58,126 bases of DNA from Candidatus Hadarchaeota archaeon (GTDB taxonomy: Archaea; Hadarchaeota; Hadarchaeia; Hadarchaeales; Hadarchaeaceae), in contig JBFMBF010000005.1 of NCBI GenBank assembly GCA_040755315.1, positions 1-58,126 on the forward strand, written 5' to 3'. The position numbers were made by a program, and so were the translations under genes. Below are positions 26,521 through 37,263 of the stretch, one piece after another (the first letter of the stretch is position 1; each line of letters opens with the position of its first letter). A model generated the notes under the pieces. That model searched no databases and was not told where the DNA came from. It was given only the letters and a program-made list of their open reading frames with translations.

Positions 26521-26967
26521 TCAGGCCGGCAGCTTGCGTCTCTTCGGTGTGAGGTATATCTCTGGAATCCTGGGGAGGAGGTAAGGCGCAAGGATTTTCG
26601 ACGCTCGCCCTATGTCGCTTGAGGTAACTATCCCGACAACATGGCCCTCCTCTACAACAGGCACCCTCCTTATGGAATGCTCGTCCATGATTTTCGCGAC
26701 CTCCAACATCGGGGTCTCCAGCCCGACTGTCACAAGTGGCTGAGACATTATTTTCTCAACAGTTACGGCTTCAAGCTTCAGCCCCTCCACAACCGCCCTG
26801 ACCAATATGTCCCTATCTGTGATCAGACCCATCGGCCTATCCCCCCGAATGACCACCAAGCTTCCGACCTCTTTCCTCGTCATTAGCTTCGCAGCTTCCA
26901 GAATGCTGGAATTGATGTCAACCGTGGCTACTTCCTTTGTCATGAAATCCCTCGCGTACACGACCAT
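26521..26967 (-). CDS. CBS-pair protein
   Basis: Two CBS repeats (GLITDRDI, RRVPVV...VGIVT). Confidence 0.88.
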   Translation of the reverse strand: MVVYARDFMTKEVATVDINSSILEAAKLMTRKEVGSLVVIRGDRPMGLITDRDILVRAVVEGLKLEAVTVEKIMSQPLVTVGLETPMLEVAKIMDEHSIRRVPVVEEGHVVGIVTSSDIGRASKILAPYLLPRIPEIYLTPKRRKLPA

Positions 26968-27053
26968 TTCATCCCTCCGAGCTATCACTACATCAGTTGC
27001 TTCTCTGCTTAAATATTTCTGCTGTCTCCGGAATCCAAGACGAGGGAGTGATT

Positions 27054-27977
27054 TTATTTTTTCAATAGGGCCACTCGGCTTGGTTCCGACTCGTTGACTA
27101 CCTTATAACCACAATCCCCCGCCAGCCTCTCAGCGAATGCCACGACCTCTCTGTGCAGCGGCATGTTCTCCAGCTTCAGCCTTTTTCTCGAGAACCCCAC
27201 CCAGATGTATCCCTTCACCTCGAGGAAGTCACACCCAGTCTTTTCGATCAGCTTTGCGTATCCGGCGGTATTTTCCATGTTCAACCCTTTCACCAAGGTG
27301 AGGCGGACAGCCTTCCGGCAGCTGAAGGAAGGCATGAGCTCCAAGCTTCTGTTGAGTTTTTTCCAGCCGTCTGCAACGGGTCGGCACACTTTTTCATACG
27401 TTGTTTCATCTGGCGCCACAAGCGAAATGTAAAGCTGGGTGGGCGCATTGAGCCTCTCAAGGGCCTCCGGATGAAGCCCGTTTGTGACTAGAAAACTTGT
27501 CATCCCTCTTTTTTCACTCTCCTTAATCAAGTCGTTTATTTTTGGATAGAGGGTGGGCTCCCCAGCCAGAGAAATCGCGCACTGTTTTGGGTTCTGGGCC
27601 TCTTTGAACTTCCGCTTGTCTACCTCAGGGTTCCCCCCAAACCCGCTGAGCAAAAGCCTCTGGGCGGAAATGGCGCCATCCAGTATTCCGGCGGGCTCGT
27701 CTGCCTCACCATTCCAGCTGGGCATCGTCAGATCTGTGTTACGCCAGCAGAAGACGCAGCGGTGGTCGCAGAAGGGGAGACTAGGGGTTAGCTGCAGGCA
27801 GCGGTGGCTCTTGATCCCAAGCTCCGATGAGTAAAACTGTTCCTTGTAACAGACGCCTTCGCCCAACAGGCTCTTTTTTGTCCAGTGGCACACCTTGACA
27901 GCGCTGTGCCTGTTCTTCCCTACCAGCCTGTAGCCTGACTTCTCTAGATTGAAAACATCTGCGCCCTTGACCGCCAT
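27054..27977 (-). CDS. taw1: tRNA 4-demethylwyosine synthase (radical SAM)
   Basis: HSAVKVCHW, CYK.QFY, SHRCLQ, CDHRCVFCWR, ISLAGEPT. Confidence 0.93.
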   Translation of the reverse strand: MAVKGADVFNLEKSGYRLVGKNRHSAVKVCHWTKKSLLGEGVCYKEQFYSSELGIKSHRCLQLTPSLPFCDHRCVFCWRNTDLTMPSWNGEADEPAGILDGAISAQRLLLSGFGGNPEVDKRKFKEAQNPKQCAISLAGEPTLYPKINDLIKESEKRGMTSFLVTNGLHPEALERLNAPTQLYISLVAPDETTYEKVCRPVADGWKKLNRSLELMPSFSCRKAVRLTLVKGLNMENTAGYAKLIEKTGCDFLEVKGYIWVGFSRKRLKLENMPLHREVVAFAERLAGDCGYKVVNESEPSRVALLKK

Positions 27978-27978
27978 C

Positions 27979-28962
27979 CTACTCCCTTCGATTCAGCTTT
28001 TGCTGCAATAGCTTGAGAAAATGTTTCTTGGCTTCACTGAGCTTCCCTTCCCCGTTGGCGCTCGCCGCTCCGGGGTGTCCGCCGCCGCTCCCCTTGAAGT
28101 GACTTCCAAGAGAATCCATCAACTCCCCGAGGTGTAGCCCTGTTCGCTCTATGAACTCGGCCCTGGCTCGCCCACTGAGCCGGACCTTCCCCTTGTCTTC
28201 AGAACCAACGAAAGCTAGGTCTGCACCGATCCTCACAAACATCGACGCTGCATCCCCTTCGAATGAACCCAGCTCAGCAAATACCACCAAGTTCCCGTTA
28301 ATCTTGTGGAGCTCCGAGCGGCCAGCGGCCTTCAACATCGCCACCCTTTTTGACGGGTCATCCGGCTGCCTCATCAGCTCCATGACCTTTTCGTAGTCTG
28401 CGCCGGCCTCTAGCAGGCTGTTGATGGCGGTGAATGTCCCAGGCTTGGCCAACCTGAGGTGGGCAGTATCACTAATTATGCCGGCTAGTAGAAGGGAGGC
28501 CTGCTCGGCAGATAGCTTTGCTCCCAGTTCCTGAACAAGCTTCAGAATCAGCTCGGACTCGGATGGAAAGTCGTCCCAGACAAAATAGAACTCGGCTACT
28601 TTTTTCATCTCTTCCACCTGCCTGTGGTGGTCTATTATCGCGATTTTATTACCAGACTCCTTGAGCTTTTTCCCGAACTCTCCGAGGTGGCCGAAGCTTG
28701 AAGTGTCCACCATCACCACAATGTCCTGCTTGAGCGGCGGATCCACAACCATCTCCCTGCCGAAGGCCTTGAGGATAGACTGCGCAAAAGACGAGATGTC
28801 GTCGGCCGCCCCCGTTCTGGCATTCCCACCCAGCTGTGTCAGTACCTCGGCCAGCACTGCGGAACTGGCGACGGCGTCGGGGTCTGCATTATGGTGACAG
28901 AGAACCAAAACATTCTGATTGCTCTTGACAGCTCCCAGCAGGAAATCGGCCGCTTCCATCAT
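27979..28962 (-). CDS. DHH/DHHA1 phosphoesterase (NrnA-like)
   Basis: HHNADPDA, VDT, IDHH, GIISDT, GGGHPGAA. Confidence 0.88.
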   Translation of the reverse strand: MMEAADFLLGAVKSNQNVLVLCHHNADPDAVASSAVLAEVLTQLGGNARTGAADDISSFAQSILKAFGREMVVDPPLKQDIVVMVDTSSFGHLGEFGKKLKESGNKIAIIDHHRQVEEMKKVAEFYFVWDDFPSESELILKLVQELGAKLSAEQASLLLAGIISDTAHLRLAKPGTFTAINSLLEAGADYEKVMELMRQPDDPSKRVAMLKAAGRSELHKINGNLVVFAELGSFEGDAASMFVRIGADLAFVGSEDKGKVRLSGRARAEFIERTGLHLGELMDSLGSHFKGSGGGHPGAASANGEGKLSEAKKHFLKLLQQKLNRRE

Positions 28963-28971
28963 GCGGCGACC

Positions 28972-29340
28972 TCAGCTGGCCGCTTCCGGCGTTTGTTGGC
29001 CCTTGAGCGATTGATCCAGCTTATTCCGCATCTCCTGCAGGCGCTGGATCGCCCGCTCCTCCTGTCTCTGGATTGTCTTCACACGTAGGTCTATGGTCTC
29101 CTTCTCCTCGGCTAGGCTTTTCTCGACTTCCTTCTTGTTGTACTTCACGAGAATCGTCCCGACGCTTTTGTATACTGTGGCGTCATCTTGGAGCTTCCCA
29201 AGCTCTTCTATTGCCCTTTCAGTCTCGTGCAGGAGGACCTCGAGCTGCTGCCTCTGGCTGAGCAGGGCCTGGGCCTGCTGCTGCACCTGCTGGAATTGCG
29301 CCAGCTGATGCCTCATCTGCGGTGATAGTTTTTCCATCAT
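28972..29340 (-). CDS. pfdB: Prefoldin beta subunit
   Basis: Coiled coils flanking VYKSVG.ILV; operon position. Confidence 0.93.
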   Translation of the reverse strand: MMEKLSPQMRHQLAQFQQVQQQAQALLSQRQQLEVLLHETERAIEELGKLQDDATVYKSVGTILVKYNKKEVEKSLAEEKETIDLRVKTIQRQEERAIQRLQEMRNKLDQSLKGQQTPEAAS

Positions 29341-29594
29341 TTTTCCTTCCCGACCATGTCCCGCGCCACCGTCGTCCACCTGAGGAACGAGTTAAGGGCC
29401 GCGCGTAGAGAGGCCGTATCTTCAGCTTCTATCCGGAGGCATAAAACGCTTTTCCTGCGCGAGAGGCTGGCCTTGCACTTGGCGGATGGCGGAAGCTCCT
29501 CCTCAGGCCTGACCGCCCTCAGCACGGCCTCGGCCTCCCTAGGACTTTTGAACTCAAGCTTGACCACTCCTATCGCTGCTTCAGCTTTCACCAT
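29337..29594 (-). CDS. pcc1: KEOPS subunit Pcc1
   Basis: A.DTASLRAALNSFLRW; precedes pfdB. Confidence 0.88.
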   Translation of the reverse strand: MVKAEAAIGVVKLEFKSPREAEAVLRAVRPEEELPPSAKCKASLSRRKSVLCLRIEAEDTASLRAALNSFLRWTTVARDMVGKEK

Positions 29595-29637
29595 GAGACT
29601 CCTCCAATTGATTTACAGTCTAAGACATCCCTGCGGC

Positions 29638-29877
29638 TCAGCCCCGCTTTTGAGCAGATGCTGCGGAAGGCTGGTAAGCCCCCCCGGCAAACTTGGCCCC
29701 ACAACGCCCGCACTCCCAGATGGCAGTGCTAACTCTCCTGACCCGGACTTCCCCGCAACTCGGGCACTTGTAAGTCTGCCTGGCCCTCTGCTCCACTTCC
29801 CCGTACAGCCTTCTAATCTTTCCGCCGTAGCGTGGCCCGAACTTACCTGTCGCGCCTACTTTTTTTGTCCTCGGCAT
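29638..29877 (-). CDS. rpl37ae: 50S ribosomal protein L37Ae (eL43)
   Basis: [31 protein letters not shown]. Confidence 0.96.
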   Translation of the reverse strand: MPRTKKVGATGKFGPRYGGKIRRLYGEVEQRARQTYKCPSCGEVRVRRVSTAIWECGRCGAKFAGGAYQPSAASAQKRG

Positions 29878-29881
29878 CTTC

Positions 29882-30646
29882 CTACCCCAGAAGTCTTCTG
29901 AACTCGGCAGCCTTTTCTCTCGCGAGAGAGTAGGCCTGCAGCGCCTCTTCCTTCGTGAAGTAGCCGGCCCCGCCCTTCTGCATCGCGCAAATGCTCCCGT
30001 CCTCTGTGGTTATCAGCGTCAGCCTAGCATCCATCACCTGCTCCTCGTCAAAGGTAGGGTCGACCAGCAACTGCCCGTTAATCTTCGCCACAGTTACGGC
30101 AACAGGCTTCTTCCTCAGCGGAAACTCCGGCTGGGACCATGCCTCGTCTTCTGGCGGCTTCACGTCAAGCAGTGCAGCCACGGCCGCAAGGGCCGCAGCA
30201 TCTAGCATGTTTCCGTCGTGATCTAGGACATCGATGTCTATGAAGACCGACCAGACCTCTTCGCCGGATTTTATAGACAGTTTCTCGAGATCTATCGTCT
30301 CTGATTCTCTGATGCCCCTGTCTACCACCCTCGCAAGCTCAATTGCCTCCACCTTCGGCGGCCCAGGCTCGAAGAGGGGGAACGCCATCGGCAGCAGCTC
30401 GGAGTTCACCATCAGTATGCCGCTGTCCGGGGTGTCTGGGAACGGCTCACCCTTGCCAAGCTTCACTCCGACGAGCACATGTGTTTTGCCAAGCTTCACC
30501 CGCGCCGACCCATTTGCAGTCTTTATAACTCCTTTCTCGACGGTCGCTTCTCTGAGTTGGTCCAGAGCTCTCTCGTCTGCCCGCTTGCCCTGTTGAGCAA
30601 GGGAGATTATGTAATCCCGTTTTACTTTTGAAGCTATCTCCATCAT
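29882..30646 (-). CDS. rrp42: Exosome subunit Rrp42
   Basis: [30 protein letters not shown]. Confidence 0.95.
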   Translation of the reverse strand: MMEIASKVKRDYIISLAQQGKRADERALDQLREATVEKGVIKTANGSARVKLGKTHVLVGVKLGKGEPFPDTPDSGILMVNSELLPMAFPLFEPGPPKVEAIELARVVDRGIRESETIDLEKLSIKSGEEVWSVFIDIDVLDHDGNMLDAAALAAVAALLDVKPPEDEAWSQPEFPLRKKPVAVTVAKINGQLLVDPTFDEEQVMDARLTLITTEDGSICAMQKGGAGYFTKEEALQAYSLAREKAAEFRRLLG

Positions 30647-31365
30647 CTCTCCTCCTTAACCTCGTACTTCTTCCGCAATGCATCTCTCTGTGCGTCATAA
30701 ATCTTTCCGCATCCCTCGAAAGCTAGGTCAAGCGCCTGGTTGAACTCGTCCCCGGTGAAGTGCCCATCCATCTGGAGCAAGGTTATTGCATTTTTCCTGG
30801 GCATTATCGCCACGGGCATGTCTGTCTGCCCAAACTGGTCCTCGTCCTTGAACAGGTCAATAACTATTGTGTCATCAACTTTGCCCACCGCCACTGAAGA
30901 AATCAAATCCTTCATTGGGATTCCAGCATCCGCCAACGCTACTGACGCGGCGTTTATCCCCGCAGTCCTCGTCCCAGCGTCCGCCTGCAACACCTCTATG
31001 AAGACATCTATGACCGACCGTGGGTAAAGTTCGAGGAACATCACCGGTTCTATTGATTCTTTTGTTACCTTGGAAATCTCCATTGACCGTCTGTCTGGCC
31101 CAGGCCTTTTCCTGTCGTCCACAGAAAAAGGTGCCATGTTGTACCTGCACCTGAGTACTGCCAAGTCAGGCTTCGCGTCGTGTCTTGGGTGCATCTCCCT
31201 TGGACCGTACACTGCGGCGAAAACCTTGTTGTTGCCCATCTCTATGTAAGCCGAGCCGTCCGCCCTTTCAAGCGGCCCAGCGACTATTTTCAGCGGCCTT
31301 AGTTCATCTGGAGCTCTTCCGTCAAGCCTCTTTCCGTCAACTATCAGCTTCTCTGGTTTGTTCAT
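30643..31365 (-). CDS. rrp41: Exosome subunit Rrp41
   Basis: RLDGR, ADGSAY, VYGPRE, PGPDRRS.EIS, ADAGTR. Confidence 0.96.
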   Translation of the reverse strand: MNKPEKLIVDGKRLDGRAPDELRPLKIVAGPLERADGSAYIEMGNNKVFAAVYGPREMHPRHDAKPDLAVLRCRYNMAPFSVDDRKRPGPDRRSMEISKVTKESIEPVMFLELYPRSVIDVFIEVLQADAGTRTAGINAASVALADAGIPMKDLISSVAVGKVDDTIVIDLFKDEDQFGQTDMPVAIMPRKNAITLLQMDGHFTGDEFNQALDLAFEGCGKIYDAQRDALRKKYEVKEER

Positions 31366-32058
31366 TCATTCACCTCCACTTTTCTCTTTTTCAAGCAAAA
31401 GCCGCACACGGTCGGTTAACCCGGTAGTGTGCGCCTCGCGCTCGATCATGAGTATCGCTTCTACGACGGCGTTCACGTTCTTCTGGTCTTTTCCAGATAT
31501 TATGATCCGTCCATTTTGCCCGACTATAATCTTGCAATTTCCTACCTCCCGCAGAATCTTCAACATGGACCCTTTTTTACCCAGCACCCTCGGGATTTTG
31601 GTCGGAGAAATCTCGACCAGCTTTCCCTGCGTGACCTTCCCAAGGCCTGGCTCCCCTGCCTCCAGCATGACATCTAAATCCTCATCCACATCTCTGACCC
31701 TTAAAAAAGCCACGTCGTTGACAGTGAGGTATTTGCTTATGTCTTCGCGGGAGAGATCGACCTTCCTCCCAACGAAGTCCGCGGCAAAAAGGTTCCCTGA
31801 GTATGGCGAGTTTATGTCCAAGGTCCATCCGGACATGTACATGTCCACGACAATCCCCACGACAACATCTCCCCTTGCCGGCATGTATTTTCCTTGGAGC
31901 GGGATCACCCTCAATTCCTTTTCCCGGAAGTCTGTCAGCCCCACTACTGCCGAGTACACCGCGTCACCCTCCCTGTAGACTCCGCCTCTTAGTATGAACT
32001 GTCCCTCCGCCACCAGCTGCCCGGGCACAACCATCTCCCTGTTCTGAACATGCATCAA
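31366..32058 (-). CDS. rrp4: Exosome subunit Rrp4
   Basis: VVPGQ, S1 domain, KH ([15 protein letters not shown]), AHTTGLT. Confidence 0.94.
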   Translation of the reverse strand: MMHVQNREMVVPGQLVAEGQFILRGGVYREGDAVYSAVVGLTDFREKELRVIPLQGKYMPARGDVVVGIVVDMYMSGWTLDINSPYSGNLFAADFVGRKVDLSREDISKYLTVNDVAFLRVRDVDEDLDVMLEAGEPGLGKVTQGKLVEISPTKIPRVLGKKGSMLKILREVGNCKIIVGQNGRIIISGKDQKNVNAVVEAILMIEREAHTTGLTDRVRLLLEKEKSGGE

Positions 32059-32756
32059 CTTACCACCTTCGTCTGGGCCTCTCCCCTCGTGAGGTCGTTC
32101 AGCTTGTCAAAGAACTCGGCCTGGACCCCTGCAGGTATCTCCACCAGCACAATCCATGAACCATCCCCTGCCCACTCCTCCTTCTTGATTGTGCTGAACT
32201 CTCTTACAGCACGCTGCGCCCGCCCTACATGGGTCGCCGGGATCTTGATGGCGATTTTCCTAGTTTCAAACTTGAGCGGCAAAACGGGCAGCAGCGCCTT
32301 GACGATTTTAGAGACCTGCTCCTCTGCGCTCTTGAACTCTTCTATCTGGACCTTGGCCTGCTCCATTGCGGCTTCTATCCTGGCGGGCGGATGCGGCGCA
32401 CCAGTCTGGGGGTTGATGGCCCGTTTAGATATTATGGAAACCACCTGCTTGAACCTCTGCTCCCTCATCCTCCTCTTCTGCTCGGTGGTAATCTGAACCT
32501 CGCCTTTTTTTATTATTTCCTCGGCCACCTTCATGATGTCGAGTGTTCCAAAAGCTTTCTTCACCATTTCTTCCGATGCCGCATCTCCCTTCTTTGAGTC
32601 CTTGAAGACCTTGTCCGCCGCGAGTGCTCCCCCCACATCGGAACTCTCGCCAGTCTTTATGGCAAGAGCGATGTCAGAATCCACCAGAACCTCGAAAGTG
32701 GTCCCTTGTGTGGACAATCTCGCAATAACAGCATCCTCCAGCTTTACCATTGCCAC
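32055..32756 (-). CDS. Ribosome maturation factor SBDS
   Basis: FEVLVD, GEVQIT.EQ, NPQT.APHPP.RIE.AM. Confidence 0.94.
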   Translation of the reverse strand: MAMVKLEDAVIARLSTQGTTFEVLVDSDIALAIKTGESSDVGGALAADKVFKDSKKGDAASEEMVKKAFGTLDIMKVAEEIIKKGEVQITTEQKRRMREQRFKQVVSIISKRAINPQTGAPHPPARIEAAMEQAKVQIEEFKSAEEQVSKIVKALLPVLPLKFETRKIAIKIPATHVGRAQRAVREFSTIKKEEWAGDGSWIVLVEIPAGVQAEFFDKLNDLTRGEAQTKVVS

Positions 32757-32757
32757 G

Positions 32758-33519
32758 CTACTCCTTGGATGGCTTGGCCGCTGGCTTTCCTAACTGCTTT
32801 AGATACTTGGCAATTTCTTCCGAGCTAGGCCGCTCAAACTTGGCGGTCTTTGCCAGGATAACCGCCATTTCAATCTTCTCTGGGCCTATGTTTCCCTCAA
32901 GAACTACCCGGAGGGACTCCAGAGCCAAGAGAATTGCTTGGTTCAGCGAAAGATCCTCGCCGTATTTGTGCTCCAATATCTCTAGGGCAGCTTGGGACCC
33001 TCCACCGATCACCTGGCACTTGTAGGCAGCTACCACTCCGCTGGGGTCAGTCTCGAAAAGGTAAGAGTCCCCGCTGTCAACGCCGGCTATGAGTAGCCTC
33101 GCGCCGAATGGTCTCACCCCCCCATGCTGAGTGTAAAGCTGCTTTATGTCGCCTATCTTCTTCGCCAAGGTCTGCACGCTGACCGGCTCATCATACCTGA
33201 GGCGGTGTATCTGGGCTTCTATCCGGGCGTGATCAATCAACACCCGCGCGTCCGCTATCAGACCTGATGCGGCGGCTCCGATGTGCTCATCCACTTGAAA
33301 TATTTTTTCTATTGAAGTTTCCTCCACAAGTTTTCCCCTGACTCTCTTTTCTGCAGCCAAAACCACTCCTTCTTTTACCTTGATGCCGAGGGCCGTCAGC
33401 CCGCGCTTGACGGCCTCCTGAGCGTATTGAACTTGGAAAAGCTTTCCATCTGGGCTAAATACTGTTATGGCCCTATCATATCCGGCTCCCGGCGGTGCAA
33501 ATGCCATCATCTCACCCAA
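32758..33519 (-). CDS. psmA: Proteasome alpha subunit
   Basis: [30 protein letters not shown]. Confidence 0.96.
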   Translation of the reverse strand: MGEMMAFAPPGAGYDRAITVFSPDGKLFQVQYAQEAVKRGLTALGIKVKEGVVLAAEKRVRGKLVEETSIEKIFQVDEHIGAAASGLIADARVLIDHARIEAQIHRLRYDEPVSVQTLAKKIGDIKQLYTQHGGVRPFGARLLIAGVDSGDSYLFETDPSGVVAAYKCQVIGGGSQAALEILEHKYGEDLSLNQAILLALESLRVVLEGNIGPEKIEMAVILAKTAKFERPSSEEIAKYLKQLGKPAAKPSKE

Positions 33520-33535
33520 TGATCGTAATCGTTAG

Positions 33536-33880
33536 CTAATACTGGTTGACAGGGGCACTTTTAACCCTTTTGTGGATGCCGCGTGGATTTCTGTTTTTAT
33601 GTTTTGTTTTCAGAAACTTCTTTCTCGCGGTTTTAATCGTTCCAGAAACTCCCAGTATTTTTAAACCGGCGCCGCCCCGCGCTCCAAGCTGCTCGATTTG
33701 ACGTCTCACTGCAGGAAGCTCCATATGCCCGCACCTAATGATGCCCGACCCTGAAGCGGCGTCAAAATCAAGCAGAGCCAAAGAACTCGCGCTTTTTGAC
33801 TTTATTGCACTTGCCAGCCGCAGTACCTCGTTCCTGCCGCCAGCGGTAGCCGCGAATGCTATGTATCTTTTTCTCTGCAT
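33536..33880 (-). CDS. rnp2: RNase P protein Pop5/Rpp14 (divergent)
   Basis: RKRYIAF, GIIRC, LGVSGTIK; operon position. Confidence 0.75.
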   Translation of the reverse strand: MQRKRYIAFAATAGGRNEVLRLASAIKSKSASSLALLDFDAASGSGIIRCGHMELPAVRRQIEQLGARGGAGLKILGVSGTIKTARKKFLKTKHKNRNPRGIHKRVKSAPVNQY

Positions 33881-34335
33881 GTGAACACTGAAATTTTCTC
33901 CTGCAAAAACCTCTTCAAGGCCGCAACTGCTGCCTCTTTCCTTGCTGGGTAAACGGCAATCTTGAGCCGAAGGTGGACCGAGTCCCCGCCTTCCGCCAAT
34001 GAAAGTTCGCCTACACTCAGCCTTTGCTTGTCAAATCTTAAGTACAGGTTACAAGAGTCGTCCACGCTGTACGTGAGCTCACTCTTGATTTTGACCAGAT
34101 CATTGGCGGGGATGCTCTCAAAGACTCTCTGCAATAATTTCTCGATGTTCGACTTCCCCTCCACCCTCGCTTCAATCACAGTTATAGGGTTCCCGTAGTG
34201 TCCCTTGGTTTTAGAAACTTTCAGGGCCACACCTTCCGGAAGCATTGTCCTGAGGCTTTTTGATACAAGACCCTCGTTCTCGGTCGCGTGGGCATGCACA
34301 CTCAAAGAAGCATTTGCAAAAGGAGATTCATTCAC
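33859..34335 (-). CDS. Exosome-operon RNA-binding protein (COG1325-like)
   Basis: HATE, GHYGNPI, LYLRFDKQ. Confidence 0.85.
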   Translation of the reverse strand: MNESPFANASLSVHAHATENEGLVSKSLRTMLPEGVALKVSKTKGHYGNPITVIEARVEGKSNIEKLLQRVFESIPANDLVKIKSELTYSVDDSCNLYLRFDKQRLSVGELSLAEGGDSVHLRLKIAVYPARKEAAVAALKRFLQEKISVFTCREKDT

Positions 34336-34865
34336 TTTGCTCTACCGCGCGCCCGGACGCCTGGTCTTAGCCGCTCGGCACCCTTGCCTTTCCACAGCAA
34401 CCCCCGGACCCTTCTGCCAGATCTGGTGAGCCCCCGGTGGACCCTGCCCCTCTGATGACTTTCAGATATCCATCCCAGCTGTGGGTCGCTCTTTATGCTT
34501 GGGTGGTGTGGATCCAATAGAATCACCTCAAAGTATTCGTGGGTCCCGTCCGAACCGGCGTGATATGAGTTTAGAACCTCCAAGTTTGGAAACCTCCTGG
34601 CCGCCCTCTCCTCAGCCATCAGCTGGAGGTTCTTCTTGGCAGTTATCTTCAAAACACCCATGCGTTTCGGTCGCCTGCCTCGGGTGGGTCTAACCTTCCG
34701 CCTTCCTCCTTTTCTGACGCTGGCTCTGGCCACGACGATTCCCTGCTTCGCCTTGTAGCCTAAAGACCTGGCCCTTTTGATATCGGTGGGGCGGTCAACT
34801 CTGACTATGGTGTCTTCCATCCTCCAACGCCGCATCCGCTGTCTGGCTGTTTGAACTTCACTCAT
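34332..34865 (-). CDS. rpl15e: 50S ribosomal protein L15e
   Basis: RPT...ARSLGYKAKQG, GRRPKRMG, NLEVLNSY, FEVIL.DP.HP. Confidence 0.95.
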   Translation of the reverse strand: MSEVQTARQRMRRWRMEDTIVRVDRPTDIKRARSLGYKAKQGIVVARASVRKGGRRKVRPTRGRRPKRMGVLKITAKKNLQLMAEERAARRFPNLEVLNSYHAGSDGTHEYFEVILLDPHHPSIKSDPQLGWISESHQRGRVHRGLTRSGRRVRGLLWKGKGAERLRPGVRARGRAK

Positions 34866-34869
34866 GGAA

Positions 34870-35787
34870 TCACTTTCCCATCTCATTTTTTAACTTCTGC
34901 GCTATAACCACCGCAGCATATGCTTGGGCCTCCTCGGTGGACGCCCCAATGTGAGGAGTCAAAACCACATTTTGGAACTTCAAGAGCGGGCTGCCCTCCG
35001 GTGGTTCCTTCTCAAAGACATCCAAGCATGCGCCGGCGATCCTCTTTTCCTCAAGCGCCTTTACGAGAGCTGCCTCGTCGACCACTCCGCCCCGGGACGT
35101 GTTTATGAGCACTGCCGCCGGCTTCATCAAAGACATCTCCTTTTCCCCAACCATGTGCGTTGTTTGAGGGATAAGTGGGACATGGATTGTTATGTAATCT
35201 GAGTCTTTCAGCAGCGTCTCCAGACCCACATATCTGCTGCCGATTCTCTTTGCAAAATCCTCATTTTTAACGACATCGTAAAGCAGCAGGTTCATCTCGA
35301 AAGCCTTGGCCCTGTCTGCAACGGCCTGACCAATCTTCCCAGTACCAATTATTCCGAGTGTCTTCCCGCGGAGCTGTGTGCCCATCAGTTGTTTTTTATC
35401 CCACTTTCCCTGTTTCATGCTAAGGTCTGCCCGTGGGATTTTTCTGGAAAATGACAGCATGAGACCAAGTACAAGCTCTGCCACGGCTATTGTCGGGGCT
35501 TCTGGGGCGTTCAATACTTTTATTTTTCTCTCGTAGGCTTCCTTGACGTCGATGTTGTCTAGGCCAACCCCCGCCCGCGCTATGAACTTCAGCTGCTTGC
35601 CTGCAGAGATGACTTCTTTTGTGACATTTGTCGCGCTTCTCACAACCAAAACATCGAAGTTTTTTATTTTATCGATCAATTCCGCTGGTTTCAGCCCAGT
35701 CGCCACATCCACTTCCCCAATCTCTCTCAGGAGCTTTATGCCGTCCTCATGTATCGTGTCTGCCACCAGTATTTTCAGGTCCATCAC
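34870..35787 (-). CDS. serA: D-3-phosphoglycerate dehydrogenase-like 2-hydroxyacid dehydrogenase
   Basis: VVRSAT, RAGVGLDNID, G.G.IG, NTSRG, DVFEKEP, TPHIGAST.EAQ. Confidence 0.85.
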   Translation of the reverse strand: MMDLKILVADTIHEDGIKLLREIGEVDVATGLKPAELIDKIKNFDVLVVRSATNVTKEVISAGKQLKFIARAGVGLDNIDVKEAYERKIKVLNAPEAPTIAVAELVLGLMLSFSRKIPRADLSMKQGKWDKKQLMGTQLRGKTLGIIGTGKIGQAVADRAKAFEMNLLLYDVVKNEDFAKRIGSRYVGLETLLKDSDYITIHVPLIPQTTHMVGEKEMSLMKPAAVLINTSRGGVVDEAALVKALEEKRIAGACLDVFEKEPPEGSPLLKFQNVVLTPHIGASTEEAQAYAAVVIAQKLKNEMGK

Positions 35788-35831
35788 CCTGTTGAAGAGT
35801 TATTCTGCCAATATAAGAATTGCGAACTTTT

Positions 35832-37259
35832 TCAAATGTTCTTGAACTTCCTTAACGCACCTCGCAGGCTGGACCTTTCTTGGAGGTTTGCTAGGAGGAC
35901 TTCCAGCCTGTGCCGACTCCCGACAGTCTTCAGCAACTGCTGGAACAAAAACGGCGGCCGCATGACAAAGCTTGAGTAAAATTTGCCAATCATGTTCCGC
36001 AGCTGGTTCTCTGTAAGGTGGGACGGGAAAACATTCGCCGCTATGAGCTCTTCCTCCCACTGCTTTGACTCATCCAGATGCCCTTCTTTCACCGCAGTGC
36101 TCCAAAGGTCCATCCCTGGAGAGATGCAGAGGATGTTCACCTGCGGGAAATCCATCCCTTTCAAACCCTTCGCGAAGTCGAATGTCTGTTGCACGTCCGC
36201 TGCGGTTTCAATCGGTGCACCTACAATGAAAGAACCGATGACGTTCTCTATTCCTCCATCCTTGCAATTTTTCATGGCTATCCTCGCCATGTCTGGGGTC
36301 GTGTTTTTTCCTAAGAAGTTCAGAACTTTTTGGCTGCCGCTTTCTATCCCGAAGTACATGGTCTTGCACCCGACATCGGCGAATTTTTTCAGCACCTTCC
36401 GCGAAGCTTCGTCAACCCTCCCCTCGGCCCAATAGCTAATCTCTATTTTCCGCTCCTTTAGCATTTCACAAATTTTTTCCATTCTTTTTCTGTTGACGAG
36501 CAGGTTATCATCAACAAAACCCACCTCTTCATAACCTTCCCTGTAAAGCTGTTCTATTTCGGCGACAACAGCTTCCGGCGACCTGAACCTGGTTCTCCGA
36601 AGAGAGAAGGCCGCGCAAGCGCAGTACCTGCAGTTGTATGGGCACCCCCTGGAAGTCAAGACAGTGGTGAACCTCCCGCTGCTCCCCAACACTCCCATTA
36701 TCTCCGAGCGGTACTCTTCCTCAAGGAGAGACCTGTCCGGCACAGGAAGATCGTCCAGGTTGTCTATCAGGCGCCTCTGGGGCCCCTGAGCCACTCCGCC
36801 GTTGTTTCTGTAAGCCAGCCCGGGTATTTTTTTTGCATCGTGGCCTTTCTCCAGCGAATCCACAAGCGCCTGGAATGACATCTCCCCTTCACCAAGAACC
36901 ACATAATCGACTGAGGGGTACTTCATGAGTATCCTGTCGTAAGTGTATGTGGCGTGGTAATTTCCAAATACAACTTTGGTGTCGGGCAACTCGGCTTTGA
37001 CAGCTTCCGAGATTTTTGTGCCCTGCTTGAATGTCGGGGTAAGGACGCCAACCCCTACGACACCCGGCTCCTCCTTCTTGACTCTCTCGACAAGATTTTT
37101 CAACGGGAGCTGGGATTTACCGTTGTCAATGACCTTTACCTCATGGCCGGAGTTTTTCAGGATGGTACCCAAATAAAGCAGGCCAAGCGGAGGCCATGCC
37201 GCCTCACTTTCAATCCTCTCGGCGTGGCCAACATTGGGATTTATCAGAACAACCTTCAC
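35832..37259 (-). CDS. B12-binding radical SAM protein
   Basis: PPLGLLYL, GEGE, SRGCPYNCRYC, GIESGS. Confidence 0.9.
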   Translation of the reverse strand: MKVVLINPNVGHAERIESEAAWPPLGLLYLGTILKNSGHEVKVIDNGKSQLPLKNLVERVKKEEPGVVGVGVLTPTFKQGTKISEAVKAELPDTKVVFGNYHATYTYDRILMKYPSVDYVVLGEGEMSFQALVDSLEKGHDAKKIPGLAYRNNGGVAQGPQRRLIDNLDDLPVPDRSLLEEEYRSEIMGVLGSSGRFTTVLTSRGCPYNCRYCACAAFSLRRTRFRSPEAVVAEIEQLYREGYEEVGFVDDNLLVNRKRMEKICEMLKERKIEISYWAEGRVDEASRKVLKKFADVGCKTMYFGIESGSQKVLNFLGKNTTPDMARIAMKNCKDGGIENVIGSFIVGAPIETAADVQQTFDFAKGLKGMDFPQVNILCISPGMDLWSTAVKEGHLDESKQWEEELIAANVFPSHLTENQLRNMIGKFYSSFVMRPPFLFQQLLKTVGSRHRLEVLLANLQERSSLRGALRKFKNI

Positions 37260-37263
37260 AACC

